Origin: an uncultured Methylomirabilota bacterium
GTDB lineage: Bacteria > Methylomirabilota > Methylomirabilia > Methylomirabilales > 2-02-FULL-66-22
NCBI GenBank assembly: GCA_963705305.1
Contig: OY970067.1
Location: forward strand, 64,001 to 128,000
DNA: 64,000 nt
Direction of reading: 5' to 3'
The translations under genes were made by a program, and so were the position numbers. The notes under the pieces were generated by a model, which searched no databases, was not told the DNA's origin, and saw only the letters and a program-made list of their open reading frames with translations. Positions 42,575 to 52,018 of this stretch are shown piece after piece. Positions within the stretch are counted from its first letter, which is position 1. Every line of letters begins with the position of its first letter.

Positions 42575-44059
42575 GTGGACTCGATCCTCACCTTCGACCT
42601 CGGCACCAGCGCATGCAAGGTCTGCCTCTGGGATCTGCAGGGCGGCCTGCTGGGCTCGGCCGAGGCCGGGTATCCCATCCACCATCCGCAGCCGGACTGG
42701 GCCGAACAGGATCCCGAGGATTGGTGGCGGGCCGCGGTGACGGCGGGACGGCAGTGCCTGGAGGGCCAGGCGGGCGGCCGCATCGCTGCCGTGGGTCTCT
42801 CCTCGCAGCGCGAGGGGGTGGTCTCTCTCGGCCGCGACGGCGCCCCGCTGGGCCGCTGCATCATCTGGATGGATCGCCGCTGCCGCCCCCAGACGGCGAC
42901 GCTCGAGGCGGAATTCGGCGCCGAATTCCTCCACCGGCATACCGGCGTGGCTCCCGACCCCAACTACACCGCGTGCAAGCTCCTCTGGCTGCGGGAGAAC
43001 CAGCCGGATCTCCTGGGGCGCACCGCGACCTTCCTCCAGCCGCGGGATTTCCTCTACTTCCGCCTGACCGGCGCCCCCGCGACCGACTACACCCTGGCGT
43101 CCCGAACCATGATGATCGATCTGCGCCGGGAGGCGTGGTGGCCGGAGATGTTCCGCCGGGTGGGCACCCGGATCGACCAGTTCCCGCCGCTCTACCGCTC
43201 GACCGACGCCCCGCATCGCCTCGCCGGACCTGCAGCCGGTCTCCTCGGGCTGCCGCCCGGAATCCCGGTGTCCCTGGGGGGCGGCGACCGCTCCTGCGAA
43301 GCCGTGGGGGCCGGCCTGGCCGGGGGCCGCGCGTCGGACTCCACCGGAACCGCCAGCCAGGTGTCCATGGTGGCGGACCGGCTCCCCGAAGACCTCGGCC
43401 GCGTCCCCTGCGGCATTCACGCCGTTCCCGGCCACTATCTCTTCGAGCTGGGGGCCTCCACCACCGGGTCAGCCGTGCGCTGGTTCCGCGAGCTGCTGGG
43501 GCTGCCGCCCGAGGCCATGTCCACGCTGGAGCGCGAGGCGGCGCAGGTCCCCGCAGGGGCGCGCAATCTGCTGATGTTTCCCTTCTTCATGGGCGCCCGC
43601 TCGACCCGCTGGAACCCGGACGCGCGGGGCCTGCTACTGGGGCTCAGCCTGGGCCACACGCGCGGCGACATCGTGCGGGCGCTGATGGAGGGAGTGGGTT
43701 ACGAGGTGGCCACCTGTCTGGACGGTCTGCGGGACATTGGAATCGCGATCGAGGAGCTGATGGTGATCGGCGGCGGCGCCCGGTCGGATCTCTGGGGCCA
43801 GATCAAGGCCGACATCCTCGGCATCCCGGTGCACCGCCCCTGTCGCACCGAGGCCGCGTCGCTGGGCGCGGCCGTCTTGGCCGCGGCGGCGGTCGGTCTG
43901 GTCGCCGATCCCGTGGCCGCGGCGCGGGCCTGGAACCCCGCCGTCGACACCTTCACGCCGCGCCCCGAGGCGGCGCGGCTCTACCGCGATCGCCGCCGGC
44001 TCTTCGACAACGTCTACGCCGCCCTCCTCCCCCTCTATCCCCGCTTGCACTCCCCCTGA
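42575..44059 (+). CDS. FGGY-family carbohydrate kinase (xylulokinase-like)
   Basis: DLGTS..K, WAEQDPEDWW, IIW.D.R, K.LWL, ASRT, GGGD, STGT, GGGARS..W.QI.AD. Confidence 0.93.
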   Translation: MDSILTFDLGTSACKVCLWDLQGGLLGSAEAGYPIHHPQPDWAEQDPEDWWRAAVTAGRQCLEGQAGGRIAAVGLSSQREGVVSLGRDGAPLGRCIIWMDRRCRPQTATLEAEFGAEFLHRHTGVAPDPNYTACKLLWLRENQPDLLGRTATFLQPRDFLYFRLTGAPATDYTLASRTMMIDLRREAWWPEMFRRVGTRIDQFPPLYRSTDAPHRLAGPAAGLLGLPPGIPVSLGGGDRSCEAVGAGLAGGRASDSTGTASQVSMVADRLPEDLGRVPCGIHAVPGHYLFELGASTTGSAVRWFRELLGLPPEAMSTLEREAAQVPAGARNLLMFPFFMGARSTRWNPDARGLLLGLSLGHTRGDIVRALMEGVGYEVATCLDGLRDIGIAIEELMVIGGGARSDLWGQIKADILGIPVHRPCRTEAASLGAAVLAAAAVGLVADPVAAARAWNPAVDTFTPRPEAARLYRDRRRLFDNVYAALLPLYPRLHSP

Positions 44060-44757
44060 TCCGCCCCCCGCAGGGCGTGCTCCACCGCCGCCAGGGCGTG
44101 CAGCCGGGTGGTGTCGAACAGGGGAACCCCGCTGTCCTCATCCTTCACCAGCAGGCCGATCTCCGTGCACCCCAGGATGATCCCCTCGGCACCTCGCCGG
44201 ACCAGCCCTTCGATGATGCGGCGGAATTCCTCCCGCGAGTCCGGCTTGATGGCCCCCACGACCAGCTCCTCGTAGATCACGCGGTGCACGATGGCGCGGT
44301 CGGTCTCCTCCGGAATCAGGACATCGAGATTGTGCCGGCGGACGAGCCGCCCACGGTAGAAGTCCTCCTCCATGGTAAAGCGCGTGCCCAGCAGGCCCAC
44401 CCGCCGGATCCCGCACTTCCGGACGCTCTCCGCCGTGGCATCCGCGATGTGCAATACGGGAATGCCGATCCGACCCTGTACCTCGTCCGCCAGCTTGTGC
44501 ATGGTGTTGGTGCAGATGACCACGAAGTCCGCGCCGCCCTGCTCCAGGCTCCGCGCCGCGTCGACCATGACCCTGGCGGCCTCGTCCCAGCGTCCCTCGC
44601 GCTGCAGCGCCTCGACCTCGGCGAAGTCCACCGAATACATCAGGCCCTTGGCGGAGTGCAGCCCTCCCAGCCGGTCGCGCACCGCCTCGTTGATGATCCG
44701 GTAGTACTCGATGGAAGACTCCCAGCTCATCCCGCCCAGCAGTCCGATGGTCTTCAC
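44035..44757 (-). CDS. Aspartate/glutamate racemase family (YgeA/RacX-like)
   Basis: IGLLGGMSWES, CTNTMH, LLGT.FTM, ILGCTEI. Confidence 0.95.
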   Translation of the reverse strand: MKTIGLLGGMSWESSIEYYRIINEAVRDRLGGLHSAKGLMYSVDFAEVEALQREGRWDEAARVMVDAARSLEQGGADFVVICTNTMHKLADEVQGRIGIPVLHIADATAESVRKCGIRRVGLLGTRFTMEEDFYRGRLVRRHNLDVLIPEETDRAIVHRVIYEELVVGAIKPDSREEFRRIIEGLVRRGAEGIILGCTEIGLLVKDEDSGVPLFDTTRLHALAAVEHALRGADQGECKRG

Positions 44758-44780
44758 GATGTGAACTCCTTCGGCGGAGC

Positions 44781-44919
44781 AGTCAGCCGTCAGCGCTCAG
44801 CCATCAGCGCAAGAAGGAAAGCAAAGCCCCCTCGGAGGCCTCTCGAGGGGGCTTTGCGCACACGGCAGAGAGCCGGACCGTTTTTCGTCCGACCCGATCT
44901 CGCCGACGGCTGACGGCTA
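44781..44919. repeat. Heptamer (TCAGCCG) inverted arms enclosing a strong hairpin
   Basis: GTCAGCCGTCAGCGCTCAGCCATCAGC ... GCAAAGCCCCCTCG-N9-CGAGGGGGCTTTGC (44821-44857) ... GCCGACGGCTGACGGCT. Confidence 0.65.
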
Positions 44920-46173
44920 ACGGCCGCCCCCCGCGAACACCGTCTTGATGTGCTTCTCCAGCAAATTCTCGGTGACCAGGCGGCCGATCGTCCCGGCGTG
45001 CGCCTCCAGCGCCTGGTAGTAGGCCTCGCCCATCTCGGCCGCCACCTTGAACCCCACGTGGACGAGCTGGCGAAAGTGCCGGTTGTAGGCGGGATTCTTC
45101 TGGTCGTGCCGCAGGACCGCCGCGTACTGCGCCCCGGACCAGCCGCGAACCGTCTTGGGGTCCGGCAGCTTGGCCGGCTCGATGTCGATCACGGCGGCGT
45201 ACGGCTTGCACAGCTCTTCCAGCCGTCCGTAGGCCTTCGCATAAATCTCCTGGGCCATCTTCAGGCCGTCCCCGCCCGACAGCGCCAGCCCCGCGACCTC
45301 TTCCAACCAGGTCGTGCCCGCGGTCTTGAGGTGCAGGCCGGCGTCCTGCTTGCGGATCGCGCGGGCCATGGGCCCGTAGATCGAAAACTTGTCGCTGCCG
45401 GAATGGACGCTCAGCTTCAAGTTGGCGGGCAGCCCGAACTCCGTGACCGCGAAGGCGATCACCGCCAGATCCTCGTTAAACTCCTTCTCGAACTGGGCCA
45501 CGTCACCGACGTAGTCTACCCCCTTGTTGAATCGCCCGGTGAACTTCGGGGCGATGGTCTGCGCCGGGATCTTCTGATCGGCGATTGCCGCCAGGATGAA
45601 GAACAGCTCGATGGGGGTCTGCGGCTTGTCCGTCTCGTCTATGGAAACCTCGGTGATGAACTGGTCGCGTCCCTTGGCGGCCTCGATGTGGCGGTAGATG
45701 GCCCCCGCTTCCTTCATCGCCAGCAGATACTTCCGTGCGATGCCTGCAACGTCTTGCGCGGAGATATCCAGGGTCTGGGCAATTCCGGGAATTTTCAGGA
45801 TTGTGGCGTATTGCCTGTGCCGGGCCACGAAGTCCTGAACGTCCGCCTCCGGGGCCGGCTGGCCCGTGAAGTCCGCGACATCCAGCGTGAAGAAGTCGCT
45901 GCCCCCGATGAAATTGTCCACCGTCTTCAGGCCGATGTGGTCGGCGTCCACGTGGTACGGCCCCTTCCAGCCCAGCGCCTTCACCGCGGCATCGGCCTCC
46001 GCTCGCACGCTGTCCGGGTGCGTGTGGACGATCAGATGCTCCCGGTTCGACTTGTTCCAGACCGGGACGGCCTCCACCCCCAGCGCTTTGGCGTCCATGA
46101 CGGCTTTGAGCTGCGCCCGCCCCTGGCGGCCAAAACGGTCACCGATGCCCATGCTGTACTTCGCCAGTTCCAT
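44917..46173 (-). CDS. uxaE: Tagaturonate/fructuronate epimerase
   Basis: GIGDRFG, VDADHI, EVSIDET, IAPKFTG.F.KGVDY.GD, KLSVHSGSDKFSIY, HLKTAGTTWLEE. Confidence 0.9.
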   Translation of the reverse strand: MELAKYSMGIGDRFGRQGRAQLKAVMDAKALGVEAVPVWNKSNREHLIVHTHPDSVRAEADAAVKALGWKGPYHVDADHIGLKTVDNFIGGSDFFTLDVADFTGQPAPEADVQDFVARHRQYATILKIPGIAQTLDISAQDVAGIARKYLLAMKEAGAIYRHIEAAKGRDQFITEVSIDETDKPQTPIELFFILAAIADQKIPAQTIAPKFTGRFNKGVDYVGDVAQFEKEFNEDLAVIAFAVTEFGLPANLKLSVHSGSDKFSIYGPMARAIRKQDAGLHLKTAGTTWLEEVAGLALSGGDGLKMAQEIYAKAYGRLEELCKPYAAVIDIEPAKLPDPKTVRGWSGAQYAAVLRHDQKNPAYNRHFRQLVHVGFKVAAEMGEAYYQALEAHAGTIGRLVTENLLEKHIKTVFAGGGR

Positions 46174-46353
46174 CGGCCGTCTCCCTTTGCGGGTGATCAC
46201 CGCAACGGCCTGCCTTGAACGCGCCGGCAGGCGTCTCCAATTCCGTATTTCGTTCCTCCCCTCACTCGGCAGACAGCATGCCGCCGTCCCGGCCGGCCTG
46301 TCAAGTCGGAAAACGCCGCCGAGAGGCATCCCCGGGGGCGTTCCCAAACAAGG

Positions 46354-46390
46354 CCGAAGCCCCCTCGAGAGGTTATCGAGGGGGCTTCGG
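46354..46390 (-). terminator. Hairpin downstream of the small Lys-rich ORF
   Basis: CCGAAGCCCCCTCGA-GAGGTTA-TCGAGGGGGCTTCGG, perfect 15-bp stem. Confidence 0.6.
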
Positions 46391-46443
46391 TCGTTCACAA
46401 ACCGTCTCCGAGGAGTTCGCAGTTGAAAATCGCTCGCGTCCGA

Positions 46444-46521
46444 CTACTTCTTCTTCGTCTTGGCCTTACCCATGCTGCAGCTCTTCCCCGTCTTCGCGCT
46501 CTTCTTCGGCGCGCACGCCAT
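46444..46521 (-). CDS. 25-aa lysine-rich small protein
   Basis: MACAPKKSAKTGKSCSMGKAKTKKK; SD GGGAGGTGA just upstream; all Lys codons are AAG; extended -10-like TGCTAAGAT at 46573-46581; hairpin downstream. Confidence 0.65.
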   Translation of the reverse strand: MACAPKKSAKTGKSCSMGKAKTKKK

Positions 46522-46634
46522 CGCCCTCACCTCCCTTCACGGTACATCCCTCATACCTGACAGACCGGTAGGATCTTAGCATATATCGCAACCGGTCGAT
46601 CTCAACTTCTCCGGACCCGCCCACACCACACCGC

Positions 46635-47495
46635 CTACCCCTTCAGCGCCCCCGCGGTGAGCCCCTTGATGAGATGCTTCTGGAGGAAGGTGAAGAGGAT
46701 AGCCACGGGGATGGTGCTGATCATGACACCGGCGGAGAGCTGGCCCCATTGGACCTCGTACTGCCCGGCCATATAGAGGAGGCCGGCCGACAGCGTCCGC
46801 ATATTGGTGCTGCTGGTGAACGTGGTCGCGAAGAGGAGTTCACTCCAGGAGGAGACAAACGCGAAAATGGCAGTGGCCGCGATTCCTGGCGCGGCGAGGG
46901 GCACAATGATCCGGATCATGGCACCGAAGCGGCTGGAGCCGTCGATCATGGCGCTCTCTTCCAGCTCTTTGGGGATGCTCTCGAAGTAGCCGACCAGCAT
47001 CCAGACCGTAAAGGGCACGGTGAAGGAGAAGTTGGAGTAGATGAGGGCCTGATAGGTATCGATCAGACCCAGGGAATACCACTGGGACAGCAGGGGGGGG
47101 ATGAGCAAGACAGCGGGGAACATCTGGGTGGCCAGGAAGACCAGCATCAGGGTGTTCTTGCCTATGAACCGGAAGCGCGCCAGGGCATAGCCTGCCGAGG
47201 TGGAGATCACGATGGTGGCCACCATGGTGACGGAGGAGACCCACAGGCTGTTGGCAAAAAAGATGCTGAACGGCGTGAGGCGCGATGTCCAGGCCTCCAC
47301 ATAGTTCCTAAGGATGGGGTGGACAGGAATGTAGGTGATGGGCGTGGCGTACAGCTCCAGCCGCGTCTTGAGGGAGGCGGAGAGGGCCCACAGGAATGGT
47401 CCCATGGCAAAGAGCGTCATGATCGCCAAGCCAATCCAGAGGACCGGGCCACCCAGGATCTGATCGAGGAGATCGGCAGAACGATGTTTTTTCAT
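46635..47495 (-). CDS. Carbohydrate ABC permease (MalG-like)
   Basis: AGYALAR, TQMFP, IP.ELEESA.IDG, GLTAGALKG. Confidence 0.93.
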   Translation of the reverse strand: MKKHRSADLLDQILGGPVLWIGLAIMTLFAMGPFLWALSASLKTRLELYATPITYIPVHPILRNYVEAWTSRLTPFSIFFANSLWVSSVTMVATIVISTSAGYALARFRFIGKNTLMLVFLATQMFPAVLLIPPLLSQWYSLGLIDTYQALIYSNFSFTVPFTVWMLVGYFESIPKELEESAMIDGSSRFGAMIRIIVPLAAPGIAATAIFAFVSSWSELLFATTFTSSTNMRTLSAGLLYMAGQYEVQWGQLSAGVMISTIPVAILFTFLQKHLIKGLTAGALKG

Positions 47496-48427
47496 CCCGA
47501 CACCGACTCCACACCCTTCGTGAATTTCAGATACAATGTCGTGAAGACCAGCATGATGATTAGCAGGACCACCGACAGCGTCGCGGCGTAGCCGAAGTCC
47601 AGGTCCGTGTACGCGCTGATGAGCGTGTAGGTCGAGGTGATCTGGGTGGCGTTGGCCGGGCCACCCGCTGTCATGACGAAGATGAGGTCGGCGTAGTTGA
47701 ACGTCCAGATGATGCGGGTCGCAGTGGCGACCACAATGATGGGGCGCAGCAAGGGCAGAGTGATGTGCCAAAACCGCTGCGTGACGCTGGCTCCGTCCAC
47801 CGTCGCCGCCTCATACACGTCGTCCGGGATGGCCTGGAGGCCGGCCAAGATCATGATGCTGAAGAAGGGGATGCCCCGCCAGATATTGGCGAAGATCACA
47901 CTGAGCATGGCGACGGAGGGTTCGCTCAGCCAAGCGACCGGGACGCTGAGCAGCCCCAGCCGCCTGAGGATGTCATTGATCGGTCCGTAATTGGGCTGGT
48001 ACAGGTACTCCCATACCAGGCCGACGACCACACCAGGAATGATCCAGGGCAGGAGGTTCAGGGTCCGGAAGAACGCCCGCCCCTTGAATTCGGCGTTCAG
48101 GAGCAGCGCCCCGAGGAAGCCGAGCACGAACTGGATGCTGACCGACCAGAAGACCCAGACGAAGGAATTCTTCAGCGTCAGCCAGAATACCGGGTCGTGG
48201 ATCATCCGAACGTAGTTGCCCAAGCCGATGAAGCGATAGTCCTGCGGGCGGGAGAGGACGTTGTAGTACAGGCTCATGTAGATGGACTTGAGAATCGGGA
48301 ACAGGACCGTGCCGCCCAGACAGACGGCCGCCGGCAGGAGGTAGGTATAATTGGCGAGGGTCTCCCGTGTCGCCCGGGAGAGAAACGTCCGCGGCGCAGG
48401 GGTGGCGATATCGGCTTCTCTGTTCAC
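47492..48427 (-). CDS. Carbohydrate ABC permease (MalF-like)
   Basis: FIGLGNY, LPWIIP, WRGIPF, LAGLQ.IP..VYEAA.VDGA. Confidence 0.93.
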   Translation of the reverse strand: MNREADIATPAPRTFLSRATRETLANYTYLLPAAVCLGGTVLFPILKSIYMSLYYNVLSRPQDYRFIGLGNYVRMIHDPVFWLTLKNSFVWVFWSVSIQFVLGFLGALLLNAEFKGRAFFRTLNLLPWIIPGVVVGLVWEYLYQPNYGPINDILRRLGLLSVPVAWLSEPSVAMLSVIFANIWRGIPFFSIMILAGLQAIPDDVYEAATVDGASVTQRFWHITLPLLRPIIVVATATRIIWTFNYADLIFVMTAGGPANATQITSTYTLISAYTDLDFGYAATLSVVLLIIMLVFTTLYLKFTKGVESVSG

Positions 48428-48465
48428 CTAACAGGCTCCTACGCGCGCGTAAGGGTGACGGCGGT

Positions 48466-48495
48466 GCCTGGGGCCCGAAAGACCGGGCCCCAGGC
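48466..48495 (-). terminator. Stem-loop after binding-protein gene
   Basis: GCCTGGGGCCCG-N6-CGGGCCCCAGGC, perfect 12-bp stem. Confidence 0.6.
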
Positions 48496-48518
48496 TGATA
48501 CCCGGACAGGGGTAGACG

Positions 48519-49823
48519 TCAGGCCATATTCTTGGTCAGCATTTCCGCGAACTTGTCCAGACACTGCTTCGGCGTGAGCTGGCCGACGAACGCCTGCTGG
48601 AAAATGGGCACCCCCTCAGAATCCAGCTTGCCGCCCCAGCTCGGGTAGACCAGGTATGGGCTCACGATGGAGAAGGGGAGGGATTTGACGAAGCCCGCAT
48701 ACGACGGCTCGGTGTAAGGCGGCCGGTCGGCCAAGCTCTGCCGGGTGGGCAGGAGGCCCAGCGCCTTGCAGTAGTTGTAATGCTGCTCGTCGTCCATCAT
48801 CCAGGTCATGAACTTCCAGGCCCCCTCCTTGTTCTTGGCCGCCTTGAACATGGTGAGGGTCTCGGCGAAGAAGAACGAGGCGCGCTTCTTTGCCGGGCCG
48901 ATCGGAATGGGGAGGGTGGCGAAGTTGGGCACGCCCACGAACTTCTTCTGCTCCTCAATAGAGCCGGAGTTGTGGAGGTACATGCTGGTGACTCCCCGTC
49001 CGAATCCCTCTACGATCTGGCGGTAGGCGTCGGTGGGGGCGCTGGGCGGCGTGACCTTCCACTTGCGGATGAGATCCACATACCATTCGAAGGCCGACAC
49101 GGCCTCCGGCGAATTAATGACGACCTTGCCGTCCTTCAGCACCTGCGCGCCGTTCCCGTACATGAACTCGGTGGCGTACAGGACGGCCCAGGTGCCGCCC
49201 CCGCGCAGCCCGAAACCGTACTGGTTCTGCGCCGGCTTGGTGAAGCCCTTGGCCAGGGTGAGGAAATCGTCCGTGGTCCAGTCGAAGGAGGGCATCTTCA
49301 GGCCGTACTCTTTCACCCGGTCCGTCCGGATGAAGATGGCGTCGTTGGTGACGTCCAGGGGGAAGGACAGGATCTTCCCGTTCAGCGTGACGCATTGCCA
49401 CGCCGTCGGAACCGTGGCCGCGTAGTACTTCCACGCCTTCATTTGGCTCGTGAGATCCTCTATGGCCCCCATGCCGTCGAACTCGCCCAGCCAGTTGTCC
49501 CAGACCTGGGCGCAATCCGGCGGATTCCCAGCAGCCACGGCCGTGATGAGCTTCTGCCGCGCCTGGGCCTGCGGGACGAACTCCACCTTCACCTCGACAT
49601 CCGACTGGGACTTGTTGAACCGATCCACCAGGGACTCGACCAGCGAGATGCGGAGCGGCTCGGGGACGCTGAACTGGAACCGGACGGTGCTGCCGGCAGC
49701 CGCCGCCTTGCGCGGCGAGAGGTAGGGAGCCTCCCACCAGGCGAGGTCGCTGGCCGCAATCACGCCCGACGCAGCCAGCGTCTCCAGGAACTGTCGGCGC
49801 GAGAAATGCCACTTTTCGCTCAT
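48519..49823 (-). CDS. Tat-exported carbohydrate ABC substrate-binding protein
   Basis: SRRQFL twin-arginine motif; AAGNPPD, YGFGLRG, AWKFM.W. Confidence 0.9.
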   Translation of the reverse strand: MSEKWHFSRRQFLETLAASGVIAASDLAWWEAPYLSPRKAAAAGSTVRFQFSVPEPLRISLVESLVDRFNKSQSDVEVKVEFVPQAQARQKLITAVAAGNPPDCAQVWDNWLGEFDGMGAIEDLTSQMKAWKYYAATVPTAWQCVTLNGKILSFPLDVTNDAIFIRTDRVKEYGLKMPSFDWTTDDFLTLAKGFTKPAQNQYGFGLRGGGTWAVLYATEFMYGNGAQVLKDGKVVINSPEAVSAFEWYVDLIRKWKVTPPSAPTDAYRQIVEGFGRGVTSMYLHNSGSIEEQKKFVGVPNFATLPIPIGPAKKRASFFFAETLTMFKAAKNKEGAWKFMTWMMDDEQHYNYCKALGLLPTRQSLADRPPYTEPSYAGFVKSLPFSIVSPYLVYPSWGGKLDSEGVPIFQQAFVGQLTPKQCLDKFAEMLTKNMA

Positions 49824-50080
49824 TGTTGTCCCCCTTTCTGTGGGTGTCTCTGTCGCGGCTTGCGCCGGTCCTCCCTCATGAGTGCCCTCGCAACCGCCGA
49901 ATCCGGGATGTCTGTCCGCGGCGCCGGTCGCCGATGCGGGTCCGGCGCCCTGGCTGTCGTACTCGTCGGGACATCCCCGGTTACGGGCCCGGACCTCGCG
50001 GGCCGTCGCGTGGCTCGGAGGCCGAACGCCGTTTCGCAGGTGCATCCCTGGGAGGCCTCCCAGGGCCCTTCACCACAACC

Positions 50081-50965
50081 TCATCCGCCTCTGACAGATG
50101 CGGAGGCCCCGCGCCTCCGACGGATGATCCGGCTCACTGGAGATTTCGCCCGAGGCGTCCTGATCCCTCGGGGAACGCGGGAACGCACGGCGGGCAATGG
50201 CAAGAGTGTGGCCCGCCAGCCCAATGCGCGCGAGATGAACGCGGCCCCCTCCCGCACCAGCACGCCCACCGCATGCGCCCGGGCAACAGGCATGCGCGAG
50301 GCCGGCGCACTCAGGCTGATGGCCGCGACCGGGATCCCCCGCTGGTCCAGAATCGGCGCGCTCACGCAGCGGACGCCCTCCTCGAACTCCACGTCATCGA
50401 TGGCATACCCCTGGCGGCGGACGCGGACCAGGTCGCGCTCCAGCCGGGCCGACGTGGCGATGGTCCTTCCGGTATACTGCTGCAGGCCCTGATAGCCAAC
50501 GAGCGCCCGGACCCTCTCCGCCGGCAGGAACCCCAGGACGGCCTTTCCCAGCGCCGTGCAATGCATGGGGACGCGCCGGCCCAGGCGCGAGTGGACGCAG
50601 AACAGCGGGCCCGCGCCTTCCAGCTTGTCCAGGTAAACCATCTGGCCGTTCTCCGGGACGGCCAGATGCACGGTCTCCTGCGACCGTGTCCGGAGTCGTG
50701 CCAGGATCGGCCGCGCCGTCTCCAGGAGGTTGGATCGCTCCAGCAGTTGATGGCCAAGCTCCAGGAGCTTGTAGCTCAGGTGGTAGGCGCTCTCGCCCTC
50801 CTCGCGGATGGCAAATCCCCGGCTGGCAAGCGTCTGGAGGATGCGGTAGACGGCCGGCCGGGTGAATTTCAGCCGCCGGCTGAGCTGGACAGCGGTCAGC
50901 GCGTGGGGGCTGGCCGCCAGCGTCTCGATGAGGGACAGCGCCTTGACCAGGGATCGGTTTTCCAC
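50081..50965 (-). CDS. IclR-family transcriptional regulator
   Basis: SLVKAL.LIE HTH, ETVHL, P.HCTALGKA, GYAIDD.E...GVRCV.API. Confidence 0.95.
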   Translation of the reverse strand: MENRSLVKALSLIETLAASPHALTAVQLSRRLKFTRPAVYRILQTLASRGFAIREEGESAYHLSYKLLELGHQLLERSNLLETARPILARLRTRSQETVHLAVPENGQMVYLDKLEGAGPLFCVHSRLGRRVPMHCTALGKAVLGFLPAERVRALVGYQGLQQYTGRTIATSARLERDLVRVRRQGYAIDDVEFEEGVRCVSAPILDQRGIPVAAISLSAPASRMPVARAHAVGVLVREGAAFISRALGWRATLLPLPAVRSRVPRGIRTPRAKSPVSRIIRRRRGASASVRGG

Positions 50966-50977
50966 CCAGGTCCCCCT

Positions 50978-51012
50978 GTTCGAACTGCGAACATGACGTT
51001 CGCATTCCGGAC
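50978..51012. promoter_or_regulatory. Two tandem IclR-type operator boxes
   Basis: GTTCG-N5-CGAAC (50978-50992) and GTTCG-N5-CGGAC (50998-51012) immediately upstream of the iclR start. Confidence 0.65.
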
Positions 51013-51116
51013 GTCCTGATTACCACTTAGTACCTTCAGCCCGAGCCTGTCAAGGGAATTCTGTGCCCGGAGCGGACCCCGTGACCCTGCATTCTTACGG
51101 GCTTCCGGACGCCGCA

Positions 51117-51146
51117 TTGACACTGGGGGGGCAGCGATGATACGTT
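51117..51146 (+). promoter_or_regulatory. Putative sigma70 promoter of the iolB-like gene
   Basis: TTGACA-N18-TACGTT with TG extended -10. Confidence 0.5.
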
Positions 51147-51198
51147 TTCTCGTGAAGGCCCCACCACCGCACGACCCGCACAGAGGAGGGACTCACCC

Positions 51199-51990
51199 AT
51201 GAATCTGTTCAAGCAGTACACCCCCAAGGACGGCTACACGGCCCTGGCCAAGCCGGGCAAAGATGGTATCGAGTACCTGGAAGAGGGCGTGCTCCGCCTG
51301 CCGCCCGGCAAGACCTACCGGAGCGGCAGCGAGGGAAGCGAGGTGTGCATCGTCCTGTTGGGTGGGCTGGCCAACGTGACCGCCGGCGACAAGGCCTTCA
51401 TCTCCATCGGCAGTCGCGCCAATGTCTTTGCCGGCCGGGCCACCGCGGTACACATTCCGCCGGGACACAAGTTCAAGGTGGAAGCGGTGGGGGCACTGGA
51501 GGCCGTCGTCGCCCGGGCCTCCAGTGACCTGGCCGGAGAGCCGGTCCTCATCGGGCCGGAGAAAGTGAAGGTCTCCACGCGCGGGAAGGACGTGTACGAA
51601 CGCCAGATCCACGACATCATCGACGCCAACTTCCCGTCGAAGCGCCTCCTGGTCGGCGAGACTTTCAACCCGCCCGGCAAGTGGTCCAGCTACCCGCCCC
51701 ACAAGCATGACACCATGAACCCGCCCGATGAGACCCGCATGGAGGAGATCTACTTTTTCAGGATCACGCCCCCCCAGGGCTTTGGCTTTCAACGCATCTA
51801 CAGCCCGGAGCGCAAACTGGACGACGTCTTCGTCGTCCGCGACAATAGCCTGGCCAAGCTGCCCCTCGGCTTTCATCCGGTCGTGGGGGCGCCGGGGTAC
51901 TCCCTCTACTACCTCTGGATTCTGGCGGGAGAGCCGCGCAACTACATCCTCCACGACGACCCGGACCACAAGTGGGTGAAGGATCTGTAA
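51199..51990 (+). CDS. iolB: 5-deoxy-glucuronate isomerase (IolB/KduI family)
   Basis: L.VGE..NP.G.WSSYPPHKHD, EEIY.F, QGFG.QR.Y, G.HPV...PGY..YYLW. Confidence 0.92.
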   Translation: MNLFKQYTPKDGYTALAKPGKDGIEYLEEGVLRLPPGKTYRSGSEGSEVCIVLLGGLANVTAGDKAFISIGSRANVFAGRATAVHIPPGHKFKVEAVGALEAVVARASSDLAGEPVLIGPEKVKVSTRGKDVYERQIHDIIDANFPSKRLLVGETFNPPGKWSSYPPHKHDTMNPPDETRMEEIYFFRITPPQGFGFQRIYSPERKLDDVFVVRDNSLAKLPLGFHPVVGAPGYSLYYLWILAGEPRNYILHDDPDHKWVKDL

Positions 51991-52018
51991 ACGACAGCGC
52001 GGGAAGGAGGCGGGCGCC

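Noticed and set aside
42613..44913. 766-aa plus-strand ORF
   Set aside because: Alternate frame over the FGGY kinase and antisense to the racemase; Arg/Pro/Gly-rich without motifs
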